Notes under the pieces: model-generated
The model's database searches: none
What the model saw: the letters and a program-made list of their open reading frames with translations, nothing else
Told to the model about the DNA's origin: nothing
Program-made: the position numbers and the translations under genes
Shown here: in pieces, positions 32,164 to 42,306 of the stretch
How positions within the stretch are numbered: position 1 is the stretch's first letter
Layout: each line of letters begins with the position of its first letter
Assembly: GCA_965219445.1 (NCBI GenBank)
Contig: CBDCNQ010000005.1
Span: forward strand, 1,600,001-1,664,000
Origin: Longimicrobiales bacterium
Lineage (GTDB): Bacteria; Gemmatimonadota; Gemmatimonadetes; Longimicrobiales; Gaopeijiaceae
Length of the DNA stretch: 64,000 bases
Reading direction: 5' to 3'

Positions 32164-32991
32164 ATGGCGCCCACATACATCGACGCACGACCGATGCTCC
32201 TGCTCTGCGGAATGTCTCTTGTCCTCGCAGTAGGGGTCGGCACGCCGGCTCCGGTCCGTGCCCAGAATCAGACACCTGAGGAAATCGGGCTGCAGATCGC
32301 GCAGGGCGCGCGCGTGCGCGAGGAAGGATTCGGCAACTTTGCGGCGCAGCAGGTGATGGTGTTGCGGAACAGGCAGGGGCAGGAAAGCCGGCGTCGGCTC
32401 CAGGTGCAGGTTCTTGAAGTGCCGGACGGGGGCAATAGGAGCCTCTTCGTATTCGATGAACCGCGGGACGTACAGGGAACGGCGTTTCTGGTGCATGCCC
32501 AGCGTGAAGGCGCGGACGATCAGTGGCTCTACCTTCCCGCATTGAGGCGCGTCAAACGTATCAGCTCGGCGAACCAATCCGGCTCCTTCATGGGCAGCGA
32601 GTTTGCCTACGAAGACCTGACCCCGCAGGAAGTGGAGAGGTTCACGTACCGCCATCTGCGCGACGAGCCCTGCGGCGACCTGACCTGCACGGTCACGGAG
32701 CGCACACCTATGGACACCGGGTCAAGCTACCGACGCCAGGTGGTTTGGCGCGACACGGACGAGCTTCGCGTCTGGAAGATCGAATACTACGACCGCAAGG
32801 ATGACCACCTGAAGACGCTCACCATGCGCGACTACACGCAGTACCTGGGTCGCTACTGGCGGGCCAGCGAAATGGAAATGGTGAATCACCTGACCGGCAA
32901 GAGCACACTATTGACCTGGACAGATTATGAGTTCCAGGCGGATCTCGACGACAGCGATTTCACACAGACGGGACTGAGACGAGCGAGGTGA
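32164..32991 (+). CDS. Outer membrane lipoprotein-sorting (LolA-like) protein
   Basis: DDQWLYLPALRRVKRI, SFMGSEFAYED. Confidence 0.85.
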   Translation: MAPTYIDARPMLLLCGMSLVLAVGVGTPAPVRAQNQTPEEIGLQIAQGARVREEGFGNFAAQQVMVLRNRQGQESRRRLQVQVLEVPDGGNRSLFVFDEPRDVQGTAFLVHAQREGADDQWLYLPALRRVKRISSANQSGSFMGSEFAYEDLTPQEVERFTYRHLRDEPCGDLTCTVTERTPMDTGSSYRRQVVWRDTDELRVWKIEYYDRKDDHLKTLTMRDYTQYLGRYWRASEMEMVNHLTGKSTLLTWTDYEFQADLDDSDFTQTGLRRAR

Positions 32992-34301
32992 CGCACGTCC
33001 AAGAGGCTCTCTCCGGGAGTCTCCCGGCCAGCGCCGCCTGGGCTCTGGCTTCCTTGTTCGCCGTGTTTGTCGTCCACGCCCATGCCGCCGCCGGCCTGCA
33101 GGCCCAAGAAGCCGATGCGCCGCCGATCGAGTACGAGATCTCGGGGCGCGTGAGCGCTGAAGGCCGTTGGTTCCCCCAGGAGGGGGCCTTCGATGGCCAG
33201 AAGTCACTCGCCGCGGGCTTTGTCACGGCGCTGAGGCTCGATTTAGAGAACGTCGTTGGCCAGAGTGTCGCGGTCGCCCCTTTCTTCCGCTACGACCACT
33301 CCGATCCACACCGAACGCACTTCGATCTGCACGAAGCGTATCTGCTGATGTTCGGCGACGTCGGTGCAAGCGGCTGGGAGCTGCGCATCGGTGCCGACCA
33401 GGTGTTCTGGGGCGTCACCGAATCGCAGCGTCTGGTCGACATCGTCAACCAAATCGACTTCGTCGAGCATCCGACCGGAGAAGCCAAGCTGGGGCAACCG
33501 ATGGTGCACGCCACGTGGTTCGGCGACTGGGGCGCGTTCGAAGTATTCGGGATGCCATATCACCGCGCGCGGACGTTTCAAGGGCGTGAGGGCCGGCTGC
33601 GACTGCAGTTTGTCGTGGATGAGGAACGTATCGAGTACGAGAGAGGGGCCGGGCCGTGGCACCTGGATCTGGCCGCTCGCTACAGCCATAGCCTTGGGTT
33701 GCTCGATCTGGGTCTGAGCGTATTTGACGGCCTGAGTCGGGAGCCCTTTCTGGTGCCGGTGGGCAATCCGGACGGAGTACTAGCCCTGCTCCAGCACTAC
33801 GAGCAGATCCGTCAGTTCGGGCTCGACGCCCAGGTGACGTTTGGCTCCTGGCTGCTGAAGCTGGAGGCAATTCAGCGTGCCGGTGCTCGAAATCTCTCCG
33901 GTGTACAGGAAGACTATTTCGCTGCCGTCGTGGGTGGCGAGTACGCGTTCTATTCGGTCGCCGGCTCCGCAGCCGATCTGAGCCTGCTCGGCGAATGGAA
34001 CTACGACGGGCGGGGCCGTAGCGCGACGCCGAGCCGTTCGCCCGACACGCTCGAAAACGATCTCTTCTTTGCCGCGCGCCTCGCACTCAACGATGTCCAC
34101 AGCACAGCGATTACTGCCGGCTTTTTCACAGACGTGAGCCGGGCCACCCGTACGCTAGCGCTCGAATTTGATCGGCGTCTTCTCGGCGAGTGGTCCCTGC
34201 GTGCGGAGGTCGTCACACTCCTTAGCGTCGACCCGGCGGATCTCCACTACCTGATGCGAAACGACAGTTTCCTCGACCTTAGCCTTACCTACAACTTCTA
34301 G
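32988..34301 (+). CDS. Putative outer-membrane beta-barrel protein
   Basis: Signal-like N-terminus, QVFWGVTES...DIVNQ, C-terminal YNF; overlaps LolA-like gene stop. Confidence 0.7.
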   Translation: MTHVQEALSGSLPASAAWALASLFAVFVVHAHAAAGLQAQEADAPPIEYEISGRVSAEGRWFPQEGAFDGQKSLAAGFVTALRLDLENVVGQSVAVAPFFRYDHSDPHRTHFDLHEAYLLMFGDVGASGWELRIGADQVFWGVTESQRLVDIVNQIDFVEHPTGEAKLGQPMVHATWFGDWGAFEVFGMPYHRARTFQGREGRLRLQFVVDEERIEYERGAGPWHLDLAARYSHSLGLLDLGLSVFDGLSREPFLVPVGNPDGVLALLQHYEQIRQFGLDAQVTFGSWLLKLEAIQRAGARNLSGVQEDYFAAVVGGEYAFYSVAGSAADLSLLGEWNYDGRGRSATPSRSPDTLENDLFFAARLALNDVHSTAITAGFFTDVSRATRTLALEFDRRLLGEWSLRAEVVTLLSVDPADLHYLMRNDSFLDLSLTYNF

Positions 34302-34402
34302 AGAAGTCGGGGTGAAGGTAAAACAGGACGCCCGGGACGCTGCAATCGCGGCTGAAGCCTCGTAGGTCCCCGACGCCGGCAGGGTTGCCTACATCACCTA
34401 GA

Positions 34403-34438
34403 CGACGGGAGCCATGAAGTCCTTCATGGCTCCCGTCG
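34403..34438. terminator. Perfect 17-bp inverted repeat between convergent genes
   Basis: CGACGGGAGCCATGAAG-TC-CTTCATGGCTCCCGTCG; overlaps the MMPL stop; no U-tract. Confidence 0.4.
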
Positions 34439-36742
34439 ATCGAAGGTGAGCAAGAGCGTAGACAGCAGCAAGAAGTCGGTGGCTAGCGCCAGGATGATCG
34501 TCATTGCCACCAGAATTCCGAGCGCCCAGCTCACCTCGAACCCAGACGAGGCGAACACCAAAAAACCGGCCGAAATGACGGCGGTCGTCGTAAACAATGC
34601 ATGCCCCACAGTTCGGAAGGCGAAGCGCACGGCCTCCGGCGGGGGAAGCCCTTCGCGCCGCCCCTCGATGTACTTGCTCAAGAAATGGACGGTGTCGTCC
34701 ACGACGATGCCGAAGACGACGGCGATGACCACCGAGGACGCAATACCCACATGGCCCACAAGATAACCCCATAGCCCGAAACTCATGATGGCCGGTATGA
34801 AATTCGGAAGGAGGCTGATCAGGCCAATCCAAACGCTTCTGAATATGAAGATCAGGATGAACGAAATGAGCGCCATCGCGACAATCGTGCCGCTGAGCAT
34901 GCTGTTGATATTGCGCTGTGACAAGTGAGCGAACATAACGCTGATGCCCGAGGCCTCATTCGCTAATTCCGGCGCGTTGGCTTGCAGCCAGTCCTGGGCG
35001 CGCGCGTCGAGCTCCCGTACCTCCCGAGACCATGCGTTGCCCATGGCGACGACCATACGCGTGGCCGACTTGCCGACATCGATGCGATCATTGAGATCAC
35101 TTCCGAATGGCAGTGACAGCTCATAGAGCAGCAGGTACTGCGCCGCCAGATCTCCGCTCTCGGGCAGGCGGTAGAATGCCGGATCGTCACCGTTCATGTT
35201 CCTGTTGAGGCGCTTCATGATGTCCGTGAACGACTGGACAAACGACACCTCAGGCTGTTCTCGGTACCATTCCGTGAATGCATCGACCTGCCGAAGATAC
35301 TCGGGATCCGTAATACCGCCTTCCTCTCCCGCGTCCAGCGAATATTCCAGCCTGTCGAGTCCTGTCAGATTCGCGGCGATGAAATCCGAATCGCGCCGAA
35401 ACTGATACCGGTCGTCGAAGTACTGCGTCATGTTGTCGTTAAGTTCGATGCGCGCCACGCCGGTCGCCAGAACGACCACTGCCAGTGTTGTGGACCCAAG
35501 CAGAAGCGTGCGCCGGGCGACGACGATATCGGCTAAACGATCGAAGAAGCGTTCGAAGAGCACCGGCTCGCCGGCCGGAACGTGCGCGGAGCGCAGCGGC
35601 AGGCAAGCGAGCAACGCGGGCAGAAACGTCATCGTGTATGCAAGGGCGCAGAGCACCCCAAACGCCACGTAATTTCCTAGGACATGGAATGGCGGTGAGT
35701 CGGAGGCATTGAGGCTGAGGAATCCAATCGCGGTCGTAACGGAGGTAATGAAGATCGGGTAGGTATTGATCTTGAACGACTCGATAATCGCAGTGAATTT
35801 GTCCAGTCCGCGCCGTATCCCCAGTAAGACAGTCGAGATGACGTGGATCGAATCCGCAACCGCTATAACCATGACGATGATTGGCACGCCGACGTTGGTA
35901 GGGCTGAACACCACGCCCCGCCATCCGGCAAACCCCATCGTCGTGCTGACAACGAATAGGAGTATGGCGACGACCGCCAACGTGGCGAACGCCGAGCGCA
36001 GCAGGAGAACCGTGGCGACGACGATGACGAGGAACACGATCGGCGTCAGCGTCCGAATGTCGTCGCGCGTAGCGTCCGAAAACGTTTGGTTCATCACGAC
36101 GTCGCCGGTCGTGAAGTAGTCGATTTCGGGGTGGCTTGCGCGGGCTTCGTCCACGACCGCATTCAGATAGTCGGTGATTTCGGTCACCGCCTGATCGGGA
36201 TTCTCGGGGAGGACGAAGTTGATCGCGACGCCTGCCACGCGCCCGTCGTAGGAGATCAGACGGCCGGCAATATCTATGGCGTTCCGCGCAATCGTCTCAA
36301 TCCGAGCGAGGTCGGCATCACTCAGGCCGTCGGCATCTTCGACGAGCGGGGCGACGATAAGGTCGTCCTCACCGAAAGCCTCGCTGTGGCTGTAGTTGGT
36401 GAGCGAGTTGACACGGCTGGAGTACGGCGCCTGCCAAGCTGCGTCGGTTAGCTCCACGATCGCGCCGAGCGCCTCGCGCGTGAACACGGTGCCCTCCCTT
36501 GGTGCCACGGCGATCAGGGCGCGGTTGGAGACGGCGTAGGTGTTCTCTAGGGCGTCGAAAGCGAAAAGTTGCGGATTGTCCTCACTAAACAGAATCCGAT
36601 AGTCATTCGTGATGGTAATGAAGGCAACACCGGCAGTCGCCGCCAACATGAGAGCCGTAGTAAGCGCCACAACCGGCCAGCGGTAGCAGAGCACGGCGGC
36701 GACATAGCGGTCCAGCCGCGAAGAGTTCATCGCCTCGGACAT
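34424..36742 (-). CDS. MMPL/RND-family transporter
   Basis: IAVADSIH, TSVTTAIGF, GIVVDDTVH; multiple TM segments. Confidence 0.9.
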   Translation of the reverse strand: MSEAMNSSRLDRYVAAVLCYRWPVVALTTALMLAATAGVAFITITNDYRILFSEDNPQLFAFDALENTYAVSNRALIAVAPREGTVFTREALGAIVELTDAAWQAPYSSRVNSLTNYSHSEAFGEDDLIVAPLVEDADGLSDADLARIETIARNAIDIAGRLISYDGRVAGVAINFVLPENPDQAVTEITDYLNAVVDEARASHPEIDYFTTGDVVMNQTFSDATRDDIRTLTPIVFLVIVVATVLLLRSAFATLAVVAILLFVVSTTMGFAGWRGVVFSPTNVGVPIIVMVIAVADSIHVISTVLLGIRRGLDKFTAIIESFKINTYPIFITSVTTAIGFLSLNASDSPPFHVLGNYVAFGVLCALAYTMTFLPALLACLPLRSAHVPAGEPVLFERFFDRLADIVVARRTLLLGSTTLAVVVLATGVARIELNDNMTQYFDDRYQFRRDSDFIAANLTGLDRLEYSLDAGEEGGITDPEYLRQVDAFTEWYREQPEVSFVQSFTDIMKRLNRNMNGDDPAFYRLPESGDLAAQYLLLYELSLPFGSDLNDRIDVGKSATRMVVAMGNAWSREVRELDARAQDWLQANAPELANEASGISVMFAHLSQRNINSMLSGTIVAMALISFILIFIFRSVWIGLISLLPNFIPAIMSFGLWGYLVGHVGIASSVVIAVVFGIVVDDTVHFLSKYIEGRREGLPPPEAVRFAFRTVGHALFTTTAVISAGFLVFASSGFEVSWALGILVAMTIILALATDFLLLSTLLLTFDRREP

Positions 36743-36782
36743 ATTGGCATGGCCCAAGCATCAGTCGCGCGGAAGCCGATTG

Positions 36783-37367
36783 TCAAGGGCGACTCCTGAC
36801 GATTCCACACATGGGTTGTTTCGCGCCTTTCTTTCGGATACTTCGCACAGCAGATCTGATCTCGGGCATGCACTTCTGCACGAGCTCTTTCGCCCCGCGG
36901 TATTTCGGGTCCTTATGTCGCATTCCTTCTGGGTGTCCGTTGATATGCCCCTGAACCAGGCTGCGGATGTTCTGGTAGTCGGGATGGAGCTGGCCGGCCC
37001 GCTCGCGGACCCATTCGGCAAGGCGGGGACGGATCGCCTTTGTCCAGCGCCTCTCCTGACTGCGCGTGAGCGGTAGCGCCTCGTCGCCGGCACCGGCAAC
37101 CAGATCCGGTGCGAAGCCGCGGATGTCGTAGGTGATGTCGATGTCTTCCGAGAACCGCCGGATCGCGCGCCACACCTTGGACAAGGAGGTGCCGCCCTTG
37201 AACACCAACTGATGGCCGAACGGGGCGTCGAACAGGACGCCGAGGGTTGCGACCACCCAGATGTCTTTCTCGAGCACGAACGCCGGGTGCGGGCATTCGG
37301 CTTGAGCGGCATGCAAGGCATGACGGCGCTCTTCGGCCGCCAGGCGCTGAAACAGTGCTTCAGCCAT
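36783..37367 (-). pseudogene. AbiEii-family nucleotidyltransferase toxin, apparently C-terminally truncated/chimeric
   Basis: LEKDIWV, FKGGTSLSK, RFSEDID; sequence character changes after ~36990. Confidence 0.75.
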
Positions 37368-37944
37368 GCGCCAGACGCGTGGTCAGCGGCTCCGCCATCC
37401 ACACCGGCATGACGCCCCGCGCGACCGCAAGCTCCTCGAGGTCTTCCTCCGAGAGCTTGGGCAGGATCGCGTCGAGGCTGTCTTCGACCTCTTCGGGGCC
37501 GAGCCATGCCAGGGCACGGATCACCACTCCCGCCATCCTGTGCGGAGCCGCCAACTGCCAGCGCGGAGCGTGGCGCAGCTCGACGGGATGCTTGCCGAAG
37601 CGCAATCGCCGACTGCGGCCGGAGGTGAGATAGACCGAGCGGACGGGATTCTGCGTCGTCAAACCAAGCCAGTTGGCCGCGCCGCCTCCGTTCGGGACGA
37701 TCGTCTCGCCCCAGAGCTCCGAGAGCGCCAGGAGTGACTTCTCGGTGCCCGGCGCACACCGCCCCAAGCGGGTCTCGATCGGGCGCATGTAGACCCCTTG
37801 GCGGATCCGCATGAGCCGGCCTGAACGGGCCAGGCGAGAGAGCGCCTGACCCACCGCGGCCCTTTGGCCGAGGTGAAGCAGGGCCGCCGGGCAGATCGGC
37901 GTGGCCTCGGCGTGCTCCATGATGCGCTCGGGCAGGCTCTTCAT
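37360..37944 (-). CDS. DUF6088 / AbiEi-like antitoxin
   Basis: QALSRLARSGRLMRIRQGVY, ANWLGLTTQNP, YLTSGRSR; overlaps AbiEii start. Confidence 0.8.
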   Translation of the reverse strand: MKSLPERIMEHAEATPICPAALLHLGQRAAVGQALSRLARSGRLMRIRQGVYMRPIETRLGRCAPGTEKSLLALSELWGETIVPNGGGAANWLGLTTQNPVRSVYLTSGRSRRLRFGKHPVELRHAPRWQLAAPHRMAGVVIRALAWLGPEEVEDSLDAILPKLSEEDLEELAVARGVMPVWMAEPLTTRLAHG

Positions 37945-38346
37945 GGCTTTCTCTCTCCGCGTCACAAATCGAACCACAAATATAACAGTCGTCCTGTTCG
38001 GAGCGACTCTCGAAGCCCTTGATCCGTTGCCGCGGCAGGCACGGCACGCCGCTCGGCGACCGCCCCGCGCCGCGGCATGTGAAACCTGTCACTTCCGTGT
38101 GGGCGACGCCAAGTCGGCCGTGCCCGGGCCGACCTTCCGGTCGAGCCCTAAGACCCTTGACGGGAACCTCTGGCGAGCGCTGCGGAGGGTGTGTCTGCCA
38201 TGCCACTGGCGGCGGTGTCCAACAGCTCGTGTACCGTACTGGCCATCTCTAGCCGTTACAGGCACTTAGGAGATTTCCTATGAGTTGACTTCCTTGCATG
38301 CGGGTCTTCACCGTTGTGGCCATGAAGACGCGGGAGCAGTACGGGC

Positions 38347-38889
38347 ATGGAGACGCTGGAGCAGCAGTTCGACTCGCGTGTGAGGGTGTTCCTCGGGCGG
38401 ACGGGCCTGAGTCCGACGACGTTCGGCTTGAAGGCGCTGGGCGACCCGAACCTGATGCGCCAGCTCGACGGCGGGCGCTCGCTGTCGCTGAGAACGGCGG
38501 ACCGGGTTCTGGCGTTCGTGGCGGACTACGACCTGGACTCGGGCGGCGCTCGGACTCCGTCCCGAGGCCACCGGCGCCGGAAGCCTTCGTCACGGGCGAG
38601 GAGAACGAGGAGCAGCAGAGCGATGAGTGAACAACCGATCGAACAGAGAACAAATCCGCCGACCCGCTTCCTGCGGCGGCCGGAGGTGACGGCCCGCACG
38701 GGGCTCGGGCGGAGCACGATCAAGGTGCGGATGCGCGAGGGGTGCTTCCCCCGGCCGGTATTGCTGGGCTCGCGCGCCGTGGGCTGGATCGAGGAGGAGG
38801 TGGACGCGTGGATCCGCGAGCGGATCGCGGAAAGCCGGGGCGACGCGGAGGTGCCGCCCACTGACCCAAGGACAAAGGAAGATACATGA
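38347..38889 (+). CDS. Cro-like HTH fused (or in frame) with AlpA-family regulator/excisionase
   Basis: PTTFGLKALGDPNL...; FLRRPEVTARTGLGRST...FPRPVLLGSRAVGW. Confidence 0.75.
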   Translation: METLEQQFDSRVRVFLGRTGLSPTTFGLKALGDPNLMRQLDGGRSLSLRTADRVLAFVADYDLDSGGARTPSRGHRRRKPSSRARRTRSSRAMSEQPIEQRTNPPTRFLRRPEVTARTGLGRSTIKVRMREGCFPRPVLLGSRAVGWIEEEVDAWIRERIAESRGDAEVPPTDPRTKEDT

Positions 38890-39173
38890 AGACGTTCTCG
38901 AGGACGGTGCGAGCGGCTGCGTGGGCCGCGCTGTGGATGCTCATGCCCGGTCAGCTCTGGGCTCAGGGGACGAGCCCGTGGGTGGAGGCGGTGAACGAGC
39001 TGCAGGCGCAGTTCACGGGTCCGATCGCGAGGGGGCTGTCGCTGATCGCGATCGTGGTGGGCGGGCTGATGTTCGCGTTCGGCGAGGGCGGGAGCAAGCG
39101 GACGCTGGCCGGGATCATCTTCGGGCTGGGGATGGCGATGGGCGCGGCGAACTTCCTGGCGTGGCTATTCTGA
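38886..39173 (+). CDS. virB2: TrbC/VirB2 pilin
   Basis: Signal + TGPIARGLSLIAIVVGGLMFAFGE. Confidence 0.85.
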   Translation: MKTFSRTVRAAAWAALWMLMPGQLWAQGTSPWVEAVNELQAQFTGPIARGLSLIAIVVGGLMFAFGEGGSKRTLAGIIFGLGMAMGAANFLAWLF

Positions 39174-39475
39174 TGAGGGGTCTGAGGCGCTGGGCCGGCT
39201 ATGCGGCGCTGAACCGTCCGCTCACGATCCTGGGTGTGGAGCGTAGGGGGTTTCTCCTCGTCGCGACGCTCGGGCTCGCGATGTGGAACGCGACGGCTTC
39301 GCTGGTGACGGGCGGCGTGGTGTTCGCGGTCGGCTTTGGGGCCGGATGGCTGGCCGGCCGCAAGGACCCCGACATGCTCGGCGTGCTACGGGCCGGGACG
39401 CGCTACCCGGCGCGCTTCGACCCGGGCAAGTGGGCCGAAGAGCCGTGGCATCTCGTGATCCGGAGCGGGCGATGA
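39173..39475 (+). CDS. virB3: VirB3 family protein
   Basis: ALNRPLTILGVER...KDP; position between virB2 and virB4. Confidence 0.8.
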   Translation: MRGLRRWAGYAALNRPLTILGVERRGFLLVATLGLAMWNATASLVTGGVVFAVGFGAGWLAGRKDPDMLGVLRAGTRYPARFDPGKWAEEPWHLVIRSGR

Positions 39476-40090
39476 GGATCGCCGCGGAGCTCCGGGACCA
39501 CGAGGCAGCCGGCTCGCTGGCCGAGGAGCTGCCCTACTGGGGTTGGCTCGAGGACGGCCGCACCTGCCTGACCCGCTCGGGCGAGCTGATCGCGGTCGGA
39601 CGTCTGGAGCCTGCGGTGGTGGATGGGCGTTCGCCGGAACAGATCGACCGCGTGCTGGGCCGCTGGCAGCGGCTGCTCTCGGGTTTGGACGCTGACACGC
39701 GCCTCTACTTCTATATGCTGCGCCGGCCAAGTGTGCCCGAGGCCGCGGACGACGACGGTTCCGGCATCGTAGCGGTGTCCCAGCGTAAGCGCGGCGCGTT
39801 TCTCTCGGGCCGCGTGCAGCGGCTCGAGGCCTACCTGGTCTGGTCGCACGATCCGCGGCTACGCACGGTCGCAGACGGGCCCACGTCGGGTAGCGCCTCC
39901 CGGCTCATGCAGTGGTGGAAGCGCCGCCGAGGGGGCGCGCCCACCTACCTGCGGTCCGAGATCGAGGCCGCCGCCGCCCGCTTTCGCTCGACGGTGGACG
40001 CGGGCCGTGCGCTCGTGGAGGAGCACACGCCGATCGAGATGCTCGAGCCCGCCGAAGCCTCGCGGTTTCTCTCCGAGCTGATCAACCGTC
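39472..40090 (+). pseudogene. virB4: VirB4 ATPase, 5' part (interrupted)
   Basis: MRIAAELRD...LPYWGW...LSELINR; joins in frame to 49492 onward. Confidence 0.85.
40080..40090 (+). repeat. att core (integrase-proximal end)
   Basis: GATCAACCGTC. Confidence 0.9.
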
Positions 40091-40193
40091 TGCTACATAT
40101 AGATTCCAATACAATCCATATGTGTCTGATAAGATTCTATAACTATATCTATCACAGTGAGTTATGTAGGACACTCCCGGTTGCACTGTCGCT

Positions 40194-41441
40194 GTGTGTC
40201 CACTATGTTCCCGTATAGAACATACGATATTTTATACGGTGACTCCCGAATTGGATTTGCCCAAACACCGAGGCAGGCGACCGCATAACGCACTCAGCGC
40301 GGCCTTCGTGCGCAGCGCCAAGCCCGGATACTACTGCGATGGGAACGGCCTCTATCTGCGCGTGGACCGATCCGGCGCGCGCCGATGGGAGCAGCGTCTG
40401 CGGATCCAGGGCCGAAACCGCACGCTGGGGCTCGGGGGCTACCAACTGGTATCGCTGGCCGAGGCGCGCGAGAAGGCATTCATGAACCGCAAGATCGCGC
40501 GCTCGGGCGGTGATCCGCGTACCGAGCGGCACAAGGTCCGGGACATGCCCACGTTCGCCGAAGCGGCCGCCCGTGTTCTGGAACAGCTGCGGCCGGGCTG
40601 GCGCAGCCCCAGGCATGCGCAGGACTGGGTCTCCAGCCTGCGCGTCTATGCGTTTCCACAGCTGGGCCATCGTCCGGTTGGCGAGATAACGACAGCCGAC
40701 GTTCTGGCGGTGCTGACACCGATCTGGCACGCCAAGCAGGTGACTGCCCGGCGGGTGCGCCAGCGCATTGGGGCGGTGATGAAGTGGGCGGTGGCGATGG
40801 GGCTTCGGCCGGACAACCCCGCCAGCGATGTGCTCGGTCAAGCGCTTGGCCGACAACGAGCCGTAGTCCGGCACATGCGCGCGTTGCATCACTCGAAGGT
40901 CGCGGGCGCGATGGAGACGGTGCGGAAGTCGCACGCTTACCCGGCCACGAAACTCGCCTTCGAGTTCCTGGTGTTGACGGCGGCCCGCTCGGGAGAGGTT
41001 CGCTTGGCGCACTGGGATGAAATCGACCTGGAGGCTCGAGAGTGGACGGTTCCCGCCGAACGCACGAAGGCCCATCGCCCCCACAGGGTGCCGCTGTCCG
41101 GGCGCGCTGTGGAGATACTGAGCGAGGCGCGGACGCTCGGCGGCGGCAGCGGTCTCGTTTTCCCGTCGCCGGAGGGCCGCGCATCTGCCCACAGCAGACT
41201 CTCCACGCTGCTCCGAGACCTGGGTATCGCGGCCGTGCCGCACGGCTTCCGGTCGAGCTTCAGGGACTGGTGCGGCGAGTGTTCCAACGCACCGCGTGAA
41301 GTCGCCGAGGCCGCGTTGGCGCATGCGGTTGGCAACAAGGTGGAAGCGGCTTACGCGCGTTCCGACCTGTTCGAGCGCAGGCGCGTCCTGATGGACAATT
41401 GGGCTACGTATCTGAGTAAGGAGCCTACGGCAGATCACTGA
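40194..41441 (+). CDS. P4-like tyrosine integrase with arm-binding domain (true start probably ~40251-40257)
   Basis: DGNGLYLRV, TAARSGEVR, HGFRSSFRDW, LAH, AAYARSD. Confidence 0.95.
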   Translation: MCPLCSRIEHTIFYTVTPELDLPKHRGRRPHNALSAAFVRSAKPGYYCDGNGLYLRVDRSGARRWEQRLRIQGRNRTLGLGGYQLVSLAEAREKAFMNRKIARSGGDPRTERHKVRDMPTFAEAAARVLEQLRPGWRSPRHAQDWVSSLRVYAFPQLGHRPVGEITTADVLAVLTPIWHAKQVTARRVRQRIGAVMKWAVAMGLRPDNPASDVLGQALGRQRAVVRHMRALHHSKVAGAMETVRKSHAYPATKLAFEFLVLTAARSGEVRLAHWDEIDLEAREWTVPAERTKAHRPHRVPLSGRAVEILSEARTLGGGSGLVFPSPEGRASAHSRLSTLLRDLGIAAVPHGFRSSFRDWCGECSNAPREVAEAALAHAVGNKVEAAYARSDLFERRRVLMDNWATYLSKEPTADH

Positions 41442-41572
41442 TCGTTCCGATCCGACCATGCAGCCGAAGCGTCTGTTTGAACCACCGCGCATCGTCTAAC
41501 CCGCATCAGGTTGGACGAGAGTCCGAGTCAGCGGCAGGCGTGAGCCAGGCCGTGGGTAGGGCCTCCGCCCCC

Positions 41573-42296
41573 ATGCGGGTCCAGAAGTACATCTCCCGGG
41601 CAGGGGCGGCGTCGCGCCGTCAGGCCGAAGTCCTGATGCGCGATGGCCGGATCACGGTAAACGGCGTGCCAGTCACCGTCATGGGGACGCTCGTGACCCC
41701 GGGCGTCGACACCGTGATGCTGGATGGGCGTGTGGTGGAAGTCGCGCCGCGGCGGTGGCTCGTCTTCCACAAGCCGCGTGGAGTTCTCTGCACCCGTGGC
41801 GATCCTCACGGCGGCGAGACGATCTACGCCCTCCGCCCCAACTCGGCACGATCGCTACGCTACGTGGGTCGACTCGATCGCGATACTTCGGGGCTGCTGC
41901 TCCTCACCAACGACGGGGACATGGGGTTCGCGTTGGCTCATCCCAGCGGGGGCGTCGAGATGGTGGCCGGGCAGATAACAGCCCCGGGGGCTGCGGTCGC
42001 TGAGGCATGGCATCGAGCTGGAAGACGGCTTTGCGCGGCCCAGGTCGGTCCGCAAGGTCCGATTCGGCGCAGAGGATTGGGGTGTGAGGCTGGTCCTGGC
42101 GGAAGGCCGAAAGCGGGAGGTGCGGCGGCTGCTGAAGGCGGTGGGGCATCCGGTGGTGGAACTCGTACGCACGCGCTTCGGCCCCTTCCGTCTGGGAAAA
42201 CTGAAGCCCGGCACCTGGAGGCCGGCGCACACATCGGAACTTGCGGAGGCGCGCGCCCTGATCCGGCGAGGGGGCCGCGGCCGGTCGCGTCGCTAG
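41573..42296 (+). pseudogene. RluB/RsuA-family pseudouridine synthase, frameshifted with small deletion near 41960-41995
   Basis: MRVQKYISRAGAASRR, HKPRG, VGRLDRDTSGLLLLTNDG; EGRKREVRR in a different frame. Confidence 0.85.
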
Positions 42297-42306
42297 AGGA
42301 GATGGA

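Noticed and set aside
40203..41492. 429-aa antisense ORF (and 62353-63678)
   Set aside because: Antisense shadow of the integrase; conserved only because the DNA is duplicated.
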